DNA from: an uncultured SAR116 cluster alpha proteobacterium | GTDB taxonomy: Bacteria > Pseudomonadota > Alphaproteobacteria > Puniceispirillales > Puniceispirillaceae | DNA: 64,000 bases | Direction: 5' to 3' | NCBI GenBank assembly: GCA_902520885.1 | Contig: CABYPW010000005.1 | Location: 39,298-103,297 of the forward strand | Shown here: positions 38,736 to 48,279 of the stretch, one piece after another | Layout: each line of letters starts with the position of its first letter | Numbering within the stretch: the stretch's first letter is position 1 | The notes under the pieces: model-generated | The model's database searches: none | The model's input: the letters and a program-made list of their open reading frames with translations, nothing else | Told to the model about the DNA's origin: nothing | Made by a program: the position numbers and the translations under genes

Positions 38736-40589
38736 CTACCGCCTTGATTTAGTTCTTGTTGCGCGAATTGCAAACCGGTGAGGGTCAATTATTTTCATAA
38801 TGTTTCTCTCTAACCCAGGTGGCCTACCGGCAATTTTTCTTGCCAAAATTAGCCCTAGTAAGGGGGCGATGGTAAGCCCACGTGAACCAAGTGCACTGAA
38901 TAGATGAATTGTATCATGCCAATCACCAACTAATGGCCATCTGTCCTTACTAGCAAGACGTTTTGAAACTCGACCCTGTAATTGTTCAGTATCTAAAATC
39001 TGTTTTTGCAATGCATCCGGTAAAAGGCTAATATTATAATTATGTCCTCTTTTCGTAACTTGCGTAGTAGCTGATAAATCGAAACTTGCACCTAAAACTT
39101 GTTTTCCGTTAATCATTGGAGTTAAATACCCGCCAAACTGAAGACCTACAGAGAGATTAGTTAGTGTTGTGTTTTTTGGGAGAAAGCTAAGTTGTCCAGA
39201 TGTTACCTGCAAATTTAATGAAGGAAGTGTGAATTTCTCGAGAAATTTAGGAAGACCTGCTCCGATACATAATACAATGTCAGTTGCTGTAAGTATACTG
39301 CCATCTGTAGTTGTTAACTCCCATCTCCCTTTTCTCTTTACGAGCGAAGATATTGATACACCTGTTAGCACCTCACTATCATTTAGCATTTTTTTAGTAA
39401 ATTTTGATGGATCTATAAGTTGCCCCGCTGACTGAAAGAAACCATCCTGCTCAATTGCTAGATTTGCTATTTGCGACAACTGGCGTGAGCTGGCTTCTTC
39501 AACTAACTCATTTGGCCATTCTTGTTCAGCCATCTTTTTTTGTCTTTTTCCCTGCTTTTCTGGATAATGCAAGCTAATTAGTCCTTTATGTAAGACTACA
39601 CCCTGTTGCAAGGCAAGCTCTCTTGCATAGGAAAAACAAGCAAGTGACATTTGCATAGAAGGGTGCGGAGCAGCCATCAACTGGGGCCCTTGTAAACCAA
39701 CTGGATTACCAGATGCACCACCTGCAATTCTTTCTGACGCTTCTACAACGATATGCGTGATATTTGTTGTCCTTAGACCATGGGCTATACTAGCCCCTGC
39801 AATACCAGCCCCGATTATGATTACCTTTTTATCTGAATGAGAATAATATTTGGAAAGACCAGCTGTATAGTATCCGGTCAACATTTCCCTTTTTTTTCCA
39901 AATCCCCCTTTTTTTTTAATCTCAAACCCCACTTTTCTAAGCCCATCCTTTACCAATGCTGCAACTGAAAAACTTGCAATAGTTGCTTTTGATGCAGATA
40001 ATCTAGAAATTTGGGAGAATATATTTTCAGTCCATAGCTCTTTATTTTTTGCAGGGGAAAAACCATCTAGAAACCAAATATTCGCTTTAAAATCAAGCTG
40101 TTTCATTTCGAGAAGTGCGTCACCATAATGAAGATGCAAATGTATTCTGTCCTGTAAAAATAATCTATGATGAGTACATGCCCAGTTTTCAGGCCATAGC
40201 TTTTTCAACAAAATGCTATTTTTTTGCAATTCTGAAAATGGTTTCCTAGCCTCAAATGCTAGCTCCTTATCTAATGGATAGGCCTCAAAGCTGATATAAT
40301 CAATTGTGCAATTAGTAGCCGATTTTTCTACTAAGTCCATTACAGCGAGAAAATTCAACCCTGTGCCAAATCCCGTTTCTGCAATTACTAAATGGTCATT
40401 GGAATTAAGAAGAGCAGCAAGGTTTGTTCCCTCAACAAATACGTGCCTTGCTTCGGCAAGACCATTTTCTGAAGAGAAATATATATCCTTGAATTTATCA
40501 GAGCGAAGCACACCATCTGTAATTTTTGCATCTGGGCTCAACATTTTATAATTTGCTGTCGCATTAGGATTTTTGGATTGTTTTATCAT
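38736..40589 (-). CDS. mnmC: bifunctional tRNA mnm5s2U34 methyltransferase / FAD-dependent cmnm5s2U34 oxidoreductase
   Basis: 617 aa. N-terminal DUF752-type SAM methyltransferase (ETGFGTGLNF, FLDGFSP) fused to a DAO-type FAD domain (IIIGAGIAGAS). Confidence 0.85.
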   Translation of the reverse strand: MIKQSKNPNATANYKMLSPDAKITDGVLRSDKFKDIYFSSENGLAEARHVFVEGTNLAALLNSNDHLVIAETGFGTGLNFLAVMDLVEKSATNCTIDYISFEAYPLDKELAFEARKPFSELQKNSILLKKLWPENWACTHHRLFLQDRIHLHLHYGDALLEMKQLDFKANIWFLDGFSPAKNKELWTENIFSQISRLSASKATIASFSVAALVKDGLRKVGFEIKKKGGFGKKREMLTGYYTAGLSKYYSHSDKKVIIIGAGIAGASIAHGLRTTNITHIVVEASERIAGGASGNPVGLQGPQLMAAPHPSMQMSLACFSYARELALQQGVVLHKGLISLHYPEKQGKRQKKMAEQEWPNELVEEASSRQLSQIANLAIEQDGFFQSAGQLIDPSKFTKKMLNDSEVLTGVSISSLVKRKGRWELTTTDGSILTATDIVLCIGAGLPKFLEKFTLPSLNLQVTSGQLSFLPKNTTLTNLSVGLQFGGYLTPMINGKQVLGASFDLSATTQVTKRGHNYNISLLPDALQKQILDTEQLQGRVSKRLASKDRWPLVGDWHDTIHLFSALGSRGLTIAPLLGLILARKIAGRPPGLERNIMKIIDPHRFAIRATRTKSRR

Positions 40590-40681
40590 AAATTCTTTTT
40601 ATAGTGATGAAGTTTGCTCGTAAATGCACAATTTCCAAAGTTCTATTTTGAAAATTTATACCGAAAGTCTATTTAGATAAA

Positions 40682-41149
40682 ATGAAAAAAAAAATTCAAC
40701 CTGATTTCTGGAAAGAAAAATCACTATCTGAAATGAGTTATGAGGAATGGGAGTCTTTATGCGATGGATGTGGTAAATGCTGCGTTTTAAAACTTCAGGA
40801 TATTGATAGCGAGCAGATTTTTTATACAGATGTTTGTTGTAAACTACTTGATTGTGAAACAGCCCAATGCAGCCAATATGATACACGTAAGTCTCATATA
40901 GCAGATTGTATTATTTTATCACCTGGTAACCTAGCTCCTCTGAGCTGGATGCCTGATAGCTGCTCTTATAAGCTTGTTCATAATGGACTAGAGCTTCCTG
41001 ACTGGCACCACCTTATCACTGGGAATAAGTCTAGCACTCTAGATTCTGGAAACTCCGTTGCCGGCCGCGTCATGCCCGAAACAGAACTTGAAAGCGAAGA
41101 TGATTTGTTAGAACATATAATTGACTGGGATGAAGCACTCAAAAAATAA
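40682..41149 (+). CDS. YcgN-like UPF0260 cysteine-cluster protein
   Basis: 155 aa: FW..KSLSEMSYEEWESLCDGCGKCCVLKL, later CKLLD...C..Y..R, typical of the YcgN/YkgJ family. Confidence 0.8.
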   Translation: MKKKIQPDFWKEKSLSEMSYEEWESLCDGCGKCCVLKLQDIDSEQIFYTDVCCKLLDCETAQCSQYDTRKSHIADCIILSPGNLAPLSWMPDSCSYKLVHNGLELPDWHHLITGNKSSTLDSGNSVAGRVMPETELESEDDLLEHIIDWDEALKK

Positions 41150-41202
41150 TCACTAAATATTGGTATTATTCTACAAAATATGAAATTTAAAAAGGATTAA
41201 TC

Positions 41203-41379
41203 ATGGATTTAAGATGGTTATTGGTTATATTAATGAGCTTAATTGTAATTGCTGTTATTTGGCGTGATATGAACGGTATGGGACATATGCCCTGGACTAA
41301 ATGCAAAGAATCCTTGTTTACTCAAGTAACCACAGGTAAGTGCACATTGCGCTTTAAGGCAGATTCAATTCCATCCTAA
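41203..41379 (+). CDS. hypothetical small membrane protein
   Basis: 58-aa ORF below the track cutoff, with AAGGA 7 nt upstream and one N-terminal TM helix (WLLVILMSLIVIAVIW). No family recognised. Confidence 0.3.
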   Translation: MDLRWLLVILMSLIVIAVIWRDMNGMGHMPWTKCKESLFTQVTTGKCTLRFKADSIPS

Positions 41380-41435
41380 TTATAAAGTCCTCTATACCCA
41401 TAACCGTTATTTTTTACTCGTAGGCAATATTTTTT

Positions 41436-41594
41436 ATGGCAAAAATGAGAAAAAAATCCACATTGCCGATGAAGCAATGTCGGACCTGCAACAAACCATT
41501 TAGTTGGCGCAAAAAATGGACAAAAAATTGGAAGAACGTAATTTATTGTTCTGAGAGATGCAAACGTCAGAAAAATACAATAAAACTTCCGTAA
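41436..41594 (+). CDS. DUF2256-like zinc-ribbon protein
   Basis: 52-aa ORF below the cutoff: KQCRTCNKPFSWRKKWTKNWKNVIYCSERCKRQ. It matches the C..C.KPF.WRKKW...W..V.YCS.RC pattern of DUF2256. Confidence 0.7.
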   Translation: MAKMRKKSTLPMKQCRTCNKPFSWRKKWTKNWKNVIYCSERCKRQKNTIKLP

Positions 41595-41602
41595 GTTTTT
41601 TA

Positions 41603-43195
41603 TTATATATCTATCATAGCAATAAGGTCAGATACAGAATTAGCTTCATGTGCTTTTTTATCCCATCTAATAGCTTTAAACCTTGGGAAACGAGTTGCAA
41701 CACCTGATTTATGACGTCTAGAGAGTTGCACTGAATCGAATGCAATCTCTACTACTAATGTTTTATTGACTTCTCTTACCGGTCCAAATTTTTTAATGAT
41801 GTTTTCTCTTACAAATTTATCAAGCTTTTTTAACTCATCATTGCTAAATCCAGAATAAGCTTTGGCTACTGGCATTAATATTTTTTTGTCTTCCACACTG
41901 TCGTAAGTCCAAGCACCAAGTGTAAAATCTGAAAAAAATGAGGAACGTTTTCCATGACCTCGCTGTGCATACAAGACAACTAAATCAGCTGTAAGCGGTT
42001 CCCGCTTCCATTTAAACCATTTTCCTTTAATTCTGCCTGCGTGATAAGCACTTTTTATCTCTTTTAGCATTACACCTTCCACAAGACCGCCTGCCCTACA
42101 TTTCTCTCGCCATTTTTTTAAATCAGAAAGGTTGGGGTTGGGTAATATCTCTGAAAGACCAATATAAGACATTTTCAGGTCTGAACTTATCCGTTCTTCT
42201 AAAATACCCCTTCTATATTCCAGCGTTTGTTCTCGAATATCTAAACTTTGGTCAAATAAGATATCATATGCCATAATAAAAACTGGGTTTTCTATAAGCA
42301 TTTTAGCAGACGGTTTCTTTCGATTTAGTCTAAGTTGCAATTGCTGAAAACTTCCAATCTTAAGCGGAGTTCCTGCTAAAAGTTCTCCATCGATAACACC
42401 CTGCCATTCAAGTGGCCTTGTTAGTTCAGGAAAAGAGCTTGAAATATCATCTCCCGACCTGGAGAATATGCGTAAATCATCATTCGCCGAAACCAATTGA
42501 ATACGGATTCCATCCCATTTCCATTCTGCTTGAAAAGAACTGAAATCTATCTTTGTAATCTCAGTTTCTGAAAGTGGGTGTGCCAACATCATTGGTCGAA
42601 ATACTGCTTTACCTTTAGCATCAGGCTTATCAGCTTTACCCTCTAACCAATTAAATAATTCCAAATAGGGAGGCTGTATTAGCGGCCAAATTTGTTCAAT
42701 TTCGTCCACTTCAATTTCATATGACTTTGACAGTGCTAGTCTTGCCATTCGTGCCGACACACCTACTCTTAGCCCGCCAGTGACCAATTTCAATAATGCC
42801 CATCTTTGTGATTCTGGCATTTGGTCAAGCAATCCCTCTAAATAATCACTTGCATGCAACTTTGATGACTCTTGTAACACTGTTATGATATCACTTATTT
42901 TTATCTCTATATCTTTTACAGATTTTGTTGGCCATATAAGGGCAACTGTTTCTGCTAAATCTCCAACGAAATCATAAGATAAATCAAATAGTAAAGGGTC
43001 ACAACGCTTATATGCTATTTGACGAATAAGATGTGTTTTAACACCCTGAATAGACAATTCTCCCGTCAATGCTGATATCGCGAAACCCCTATCAGGGTCC
43101 TTTGCATTCTTGATAAATTCTTCCAGATAAGCTTGTTTGACCGAGCGTTGTGGTGCGTATAACAAAGAATGAAGCAAATCTGAAAATTTCTTCAT
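41603..43195 (-). CDS. ATP-dependent DNA ligase (ligase-associated damage response type)
   Basis: 530 aa. Adenylation motif I AEWKWDGIRIQL; EGVMLK and LVVLYAQRGHGKRS motifs; OB-fold C-terminus. Operonic with the MBL exonuclease (4-nt overlap). Confidence 0.9.
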   Translation of the reverse strand: MKKFSDLLHSLLYAPQRSVKQAYLEEFIKNAKDPDRGFAISALTGELSIQGVKTHLIRQIAYKRCDPLLFDLSYDFVGDLAETVALIWPTKSVKDIEIKISDIITVLQESSKLHASDYLEGLLDQMPESQRWALLKLVTGGLRVGVSARMARLALSKSYEIEVDEIEQIWPLIQPPYLELFNWLEGKADKPDAKGKAVFRPMMLAHPLSETEITKIDFSSFQAEWKWDGIRIQLVSANDDLRIFSRSGDDISSSFPELTRPLEWQGVIDGELLAGTPLKIGSFQQLQLRLNRKKPSAKMLIENPVFIMAYDILFDQSLDIREQTLEYRRGILEERISSDLKMSYIGLSEILPNPNLSDLKKWREKCRAGGLVEGVMLKEIKSAYHAGRIKGKWFKWKREPLTADLVVLYAQRGHGKRSSFFSDFTLGAWTYDSVEDKKILMPVAKAYSGFSNDELKKLDKFVRENIIKKFGPVREVNKTLVVEIAFDSVQLSRRHKSGVATRFPRFKAIRWDKKAHEANSVSDLIAMIDI

Positions 43196-44208
43196 TCGGT
43201 TTCATCCTCATATCCAATTAATGATAGAGCTTTGGCATCTAAACCCATTTGACGACAAGCATGTATCAGTGCATCTTCTCGCCCGTGGGTTATCCAGACC
43301 TGTGTAGCTTTTACCTCTTGAATTGTGCGCAAAATATCATTCCAATCAGCATGATCTGATATTATAAGGGGTAATTCGACACCACCTTGTTTAGCACGCT
43401 GTCTTACCTGCATCCATCCCGATGCAGAAACAACAAGCGGGTCAGGTAATCTTTGCGCCCATTTGGTTCCTATTGCAGAAGGTGGTGCGATGATAAATTT
43501 GTTGGCTAACGAACTATTGTGATTTTCAATTTTGTCCAATGGTATTGTTTGCAAGTTACCCAGCTGAATGCCGAAAGATTGGTATAATTCGCAAAGTTTT
43601 TTTAACGCACCATGGATAAAAATTGTCTCATCATATCCAGCTGCACGGAGCAATGCTATTAAGCGTTGCGCTTTCCCAAGAGAATAAGCCAAAACTGCAA
43701 TTGAACGCTCTGGAAACAGATGCCTAACCTGAATTAATTTGTTGATTTCTTCATCCGGATTTGGATGAGAAAAAACAGGCAGTCCAAAGGTAGCCTCCGT
43801 TATAAAAACGTCACATTGCTCTACCTGAAAAGGGACACATGTCGGATCTAAGACTCTCTTATAATCTCCAGCCGCAATTATTTTTGTATTTTCATATTTT
43901 AGCACTATCTGCGCAGAACCAAGCACATGACCAGCCGGAATAAGCTTTACTTCAACCTCTCCTAAAGTAAATTTATTATTATATGTAAGTGCAGTTTTTT
44001 GGTTAGCAAAATTTTCTCCATATCGTGCCGACATAATAGCTATTGTTTGTTTTGTTGCTATCACATGTTGATGACCAGGCCTTGCATGATCAGAGTGTCC
44101 ATGAGTAATAATAGCAGTATCAACAGCTCTAATTGGGTCTATGTGCGCTTTTGCGGGTAAGACATATAAACCAGGTTTAGAAATTTTTAGCCAGCTTGTA
44201 TTTACCAT
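43192..44208 (-). CDS. ligase-associated DNA damage response exonuclease (metallo-beta-lactamase fold)
   Basis: 338 aa with the ITHGHSDH metal motif, a beta-CASP-like C-terminal half (ISDHAD), and its position upstream of the ligase. Confidence 0.85.
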   Translation of the reverse strand: MVNTSWLKISKPGLYVLPAKAHIDPIRAVDTAIITHGHSDHARPGHQHVIATKQTIAIMSARYGENFANQKTALTYNNKFTLGEVEVKLIPAGHVLGSAQIVLKYENTKIIAAGDYKRVLDPTCVPFQVEQCDVFITEATFGLPVFSHPNPDEEINKLIQVRHLFPERSIAVLAYSLGKAQRLIALLRAAGYDETIFIHGALKKLCELYQSFGIQLGNLQTIPLDKIENHNSSLANKFIIAPPSAIGTKWAQRLPDPLVVSASGWMQVRQRAKQGGVELPLIISDHADWNDILRTIQEVKATQVWITHGREDALIHACRQMGLDAKALSLIGYEDETE

Positions 44209-44242
44209 GAGTATTGGAGCGATACCTTCTTGTTATTTTTGT

Positions 44243-44935
44243 TTATTCTGGCTTAGTTGTACCAAATAACTTTCGCCATTCCTCACCACTAAGATTGCGC
44301 AGGTCTACCTGCTTATTTTCTGCAATCTCATATGCTTTTTTAACTGCCTTTCTTTTAAATAAACTCTCTCTCCAACGATCTATATTTGGAAAATTTACTA
44401 AATCAATTCCTTGTCTTTCATAGCTCTTAGTCCATGGTAGAATTGCCATATCTGCAATCGTATATTCTTTCCCTGCTACATATTCACTCTTTGATAATTG
44501 AGTATCAAGAACTCCATATAACCGTGCTGCTTCATTTATATATCGTTCAATTGCATAATCAATTTTAACTGGCGCATAATAATTAAAATGGTGAACCTGT
44601 CCGAGCATTGGACCAAAACTAGCCATTTGCCACATCAGCCATTCCAAAACATTAATGCGAGCTTTCATATCAGAGGGGTTAAATAGTCCAGTTTTCTCGG
44701 ATAGATACAACAAAATGGCACCAGATTCGAAAATGCTTGTTGGTCGTGAGTTAACTCCGTTTTGATCTATAATCGCTGGCATTTTATTATTAGGTGAAAA
44801 GAGAAGAAATTCTTGTTTATATTGGTCTCCTTTCGATATATCAACATAATGGATTTTATAGGGCAATCCCATCTCTTCAAGAGCAATTGTTATCTTGTGA
44901 CCATTTGGTGTCGGCCAATAATATAAATCAATCAT
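44243..44935 (-). CDS. glutathione S-transferase, YfcG/Nu-class-like
   Basis: MIDLYYWPTPNGHKITIALEEMGLPYK...SPNNKMPAIID...FESGAILLYLSEKTG is nearly collinear with E. coli YfcG. Confidence 0.85.
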   Translation of the reverse strand: MIDLYYWPTPNGHKITIALEEMGLPYKIHYVDISKGDQYKQEFLLFSPNNKMPAIIDQNGVNSRPTSIFESGAILLYLSEKTGLFNPSDMKARINVLEWLMWQMASFGPMLGQVHHFNYYAPVKIDYAIERYINEAARLYGVLDTQLSKSEYVAGKEYTIADMAILPWTKSYERQGIDLVNFPNIDRWRESLFKRKAVKKAYEIAENKQVDLRNLSGEEWRKLFGTTKPE

Positions 44936-45017
44936 TAAATAACCTCTATTTTTTAAAAAATGCCTTTTTTATACAGTCTATTCACAAGAAAAGCCAAAAT
45001 ATAGGTATGATAATAAA

Positions 45018-47471
45018 ATGAGCGAAATAGAAACAAGTCATATTACCAATAACAAAAACCTTCCATCAAAATTTCAGAGGTGGTTCTCAACTAGAGGCTG
45101 GCAAATTTACGAACACCAATTATCTATGATTTCGGAATTTAAGAAAGGAAATTCTTGTTTGCTTATCGCTCCCACAGGTTCTGGGAAAACATTATCTGGA
45201 TTTTTACCAAGTCTTATTGAGCTTTGCGAGCTGCCATTTGAGAATAAACTAAAGCCTACACTGCACACGCTTTATATCTCTCCCCTAAAAGCACTAAGTG
45301 TTGATGTACAACGAAATTTGCAAATACCAATTATTGAAATGGATTTACCAATTCTCTGTGAAACCCGTACTAGTGATACTACTCCAAAAAATAGGAATAG
45401 GCAGAAAGTAAAGCCACCTAATATATTACTTACCACCCCAGAATCTGTTGAATTGATGTTAGCATGGCCAGAGGCCAAAAATTATTTCTCCAATCTATCT
45501 ACAATCATTATAGATGAGATACATTCTGTTATTGGGAATAAGCGAGGAGATTTGTTATCTCTTTCCATTACTACGCTTCGTAATTATGCGCCCGATGCAT
45601 CATTCATAGGACTATCGGCTACAGTTGCAGATTCTGGGCAGTTGGCAAAATGGCTATCACCTAAACCTAATAAAGTGACAATTTTAAAACCAGATATAAC
45701 TAAAAAAATTGATATCGAAATTTATTATCCGACATCAAATGAAATCCCTTTCGCTGGACACTCTGCAGATTATGCTGTTGCAGATATCTATCAAATGATA
45801 TCAGCTCACAAAATTAGTCTGATATTTGTAAATACTAGGGCACAGGCAGAATTGTTGTTTCAATCTTTATGGAAGGAAAATAATAATGATTTGCATATTG
45901 GATTACACCATGGCTCTTTAGATGCTAGTCAGCGTCGAAAGGTAGAAAAAGCAATGGCAGAGGGTAAATTAGACGCTGTAGTGGCAACTTCTTCACTAGA
46001 TTTAGGTATAGATTGGTCAGACGTTGACCTTGTTATACAAGTGGGTGCGGCAAAGGGAACAACTCGCCTTATTCAACGTATCGGACGCTCAGGTCACAGT
46101 CTAGGAAAGCCCTCCAATGCGATAATTATTCCTACCAACAGATTTGAGGTAATAGAAGCAGTAGCAGCCCGTGAAAATATCCTTGATGGAAAGCTTGATA
46201 AGTTAGAAGAATATCCAGGAAGTATAGATGTTCTTGCTCAATATATTGTAGGTAGAGCAGTAGCAGGTTCTTTTGATGCTGAAAAACTTTATAGGCAGAT
46301 ACTTACAGCACCGCCATATAGATCTCTCGAAAAAGGCACATTCTTAAAAATTTTAGAATTCGTTAGCACTGGTGGTTATGCTTTAGAGCATTATGAACAA
46401 TTTAGGCGCATCGTAAAAGGTATCGACGGTCTTTATAGACTTACTAATAAACGTGTTGCTTCAAGATGGCGTATGAATATTGGAACAATTGTCGAGACAA
46501 CAACATTAAAAATTAAGTTTGCCCGCGGCCCAATTCTTGGAGAAATAGAGGAATATTTTGTCCAATCTCTTCGCACGGGCGATAGTTTTATATTTGCTGG
46601 CCGAGTGGTAGCTTTTGTAGAAATAATTAATATGCAAGTTATAGTAGAACCTACCATTGCTAAAGAACCAAAAGTGCCGACGTATGCTGGAGGCAGATTA
46701 CCTCTTACCTCTGATATGTCTGAAAAAGTCAGGCATATTTTGCAATCAGTTGAAATTCACAAGTCTTTGCCTGGGCCTGTGCGAGAATGGCTAGAAATTC
46801 AGCAACTTCATTCAAAATTACCTAATGCGGATACATTACTATTAGAAACATTCCAACGCGGAGAGCGTCATTATCTTGTTGCATATGGATTTGAAGGCCG
46901 GAATGCACACCAGACATTAGGCATGCTTCTTACGAAACGGATGGAACGTCAACATTTAAAGCCCCTAGGTTTTGTCGCAACAGATTATGCTATCGCCATC
47001 TGGTCTCTTGAAAAGGTAATTAAGCCAATTAACTTATTCACTCCTGATATATTAGGTGATGAACTTGAGGAATGGATGGCAGAATCAACTATGTTAAAGC
47101 GATCATTTAGACAAGTAGCAATAATTTCGGGATTGATAGATAAAAAAATTCCAGGATTAGAAAAAACTAAAAAGCAAGTAACAATTAATTCAGATTTAAT
47201 TTATGACGTATTAAGGAAATATCAGCCAAATCATATATTACTTGAAGCTACAAGGCAGGATTCCGCAAGAGGCCTGACTGACATTCGGCGACTTGGAGAG
47301 CTTTTGAATAGATTTGAAAACAAGATTACCCATATGGAGCTGCCTAAGATATCTGCTTTAGCCATCCCTATTTTACTAGAGGTCGGAAAAGAATCTATTA
47401 TGTCAGAGGCAGTTGAAACAATGCTAAAAGAATTAGAGATTGACCTGATTAAAGAGATCATAAAAAATTAA
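45018..47471 (+). CDS. lhr: ligase-associated DEXH-box helicase (Lhr-core type)
   Basis: 817 aa. Walker A APTGSGKT, DEIH box (IIIDEIHSV), LSAT, motif VI-like QRIGRSGH, followed by a DEAD-associated C-terminal domain. Confidence 0.9.
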   Translation: MSEIETSHITNNKNLPSKFQRWFSTRGWQIYEHQLSMISEFKKGNSCLLIAPTGSGKTLSGFLPSLIELCELPFENKLKPTLHTLYISPLKALSVDVQRNLQIPIIEMDLPILCETRTSDTTPKNRNRQKVKPPNILLTTPESVELMLAWPEAKNYFSNLSTIIIDEIHSVIGNKRGDLLSLSITTLRNYAPDASFIGLSATVADSGQLAKWLSPKPNKVTILKPDITKKIDIEIYYPTSNEIPFAGHSADYAVADIYQMISAHKISLIFVNTRAQAELLFQSLWKENNNDLHIGLHHGSLDASQRRKVEKAMAEGKLDAVVATSSLDLGIDWSDVDLVIQVGAAKGTTRLIQRIGRSGHSLGKPSNAIIIPTNRFEVIEAVAARENILDGKLDKLEEYPGSIDVLAQYIVGRAVAGSFDAEKLYRQILTAPPYRSLEKGTFLKILEFVSTGGYALEHYEQFRRIVKGIDGLYRLTNKRVASRWRMNIGTIVETTTLKIKFARGPILGEIEEYFVQSLRTGDSFIFAGRVVAFVEIINMQVIVEPTIAKEPKVPTYAGGRLPLTSDMSEKVRHILQSVEIHKSLPGPVREWLEIQQLHSKLPNADTLLLETFQRGERHYLVAYGFEGRNAHQTLGMLLTKRMERQHLKPLGFVATDYAIAIWSLEKVIKPINLFTPDILGDELEEWMAESTMLKRSFRQVAIISGLIDKKIPGLEKTKKQVTINSDLIYDVLRKYQPNHILLEATRQDSARGLTDIRRLGELLNRFENKITHMELPKISALAIPILLEVGKESIMSEAVETMLKELEIDLIKEIIKN

Positions 47472-47476
47472 AGAAC

Positions 47477-48220
47477 ATGAAACCTCCGAACATCATTACA
47501 TCAAAAACTTCCTCTTTATTTTATGAAAAAATTGAAATTAAATTCTGTGGGCATATTTTCTGGTTATACTCAGATGGGTCATGTTTCCATGAGAAAAGCA
47601 AGACATTAATTGTTGCAGATTTGCATTTAGAAAAAGCATTTTCTCAATCTAGAGCTGCATTGCTTCCTGGATATGATACCAAAGAGACTTTGGATTTGTT
47701 AGAAGCCGCCTTAAATAGGAACCTAACTCAAAATTGTGTTTTTCTGGGTGATAGCTTTCACAATGCAATGACAGCACAATCACTCGCAGACCCATATAGG
47801 AAAAAACTACAACAATTATCGGAGATAAAACATTTCACCTGGGTAATAGGAAATCATGACCCAATATTGCCAGATTTTTTAATTGGAGAGCAATGCCAAT
47901 CAACATTTATTGATAATATTGAGCTTAGACATCAACTTAAAAGACAGGTGTACAAAGAACCTATTACACCAGGGGGTGGTCAAATTATTGGACATTATCA
48001 CCCGAAAGCGAAATTAAAATTACGGGCAGGCAAAGCATCAGGAAAATGTTTTATATTTGATAAAAAATTGATGATTATACCAGCGTTTGGTGTCACAACA
48101 GGTGGATTGAATATCACCGACAAAGCTATCTCAAAATTATTTTCCAACTCTCCTGATGTTTACTTTTGCCATAAAACGAAACTTTATCATATTCAAGATG
48201 TTACAAATTTACTCAAATGA
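47477..48220 (+). CDS. pdeM: ligase-associated metallophosphoesterase PdeM
   Basis: 247 aa. Calcineurin-like motifs ADLHLEK, LGDSFH, GNHD, GHYHP; starts 5 nt after the lhr stop. Confidence 0.8.
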   Translation: MKPPNIITSKTSSLFYEKIEIKFCGHIFWLYSDGSCFHEKSKTLIVADLHLEKAFSQSRAALLPGYDTKETLDLLEAALNRNLTQNCVFLGDSFHNAMTAQSLADPYRKKLQQLSEIKHFTWVIGNHDPILPDFLIGEQCQSTFIDNIELRHQLKRQVYKEPITPGGGQIIGHYHPKAKLKLRAGKASGKCFIFDKKLMIIPAFGVTTGGLNITDKAISKLFSNSPDVYFCHKTKLYHIQDVTNLLK

Positions 48221-48279
48221 AATAGAAAGAATATAAAAAAATGATGTTACATAAATTTGAAATTTTAAAAGGGTAAATT

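Noticed and set aside
48242-48271. TGATGT-N17-TTAAAAG upstream of the FAD-oxidase gene, vaguely like the sigma-E(ChrR) promoter TGATCC...TAAGA.
   Set aside because: Both half-sites are imperfect. A start there would remove the AGGG ribosome-binding site, and my recollection of the consensus is approximate.
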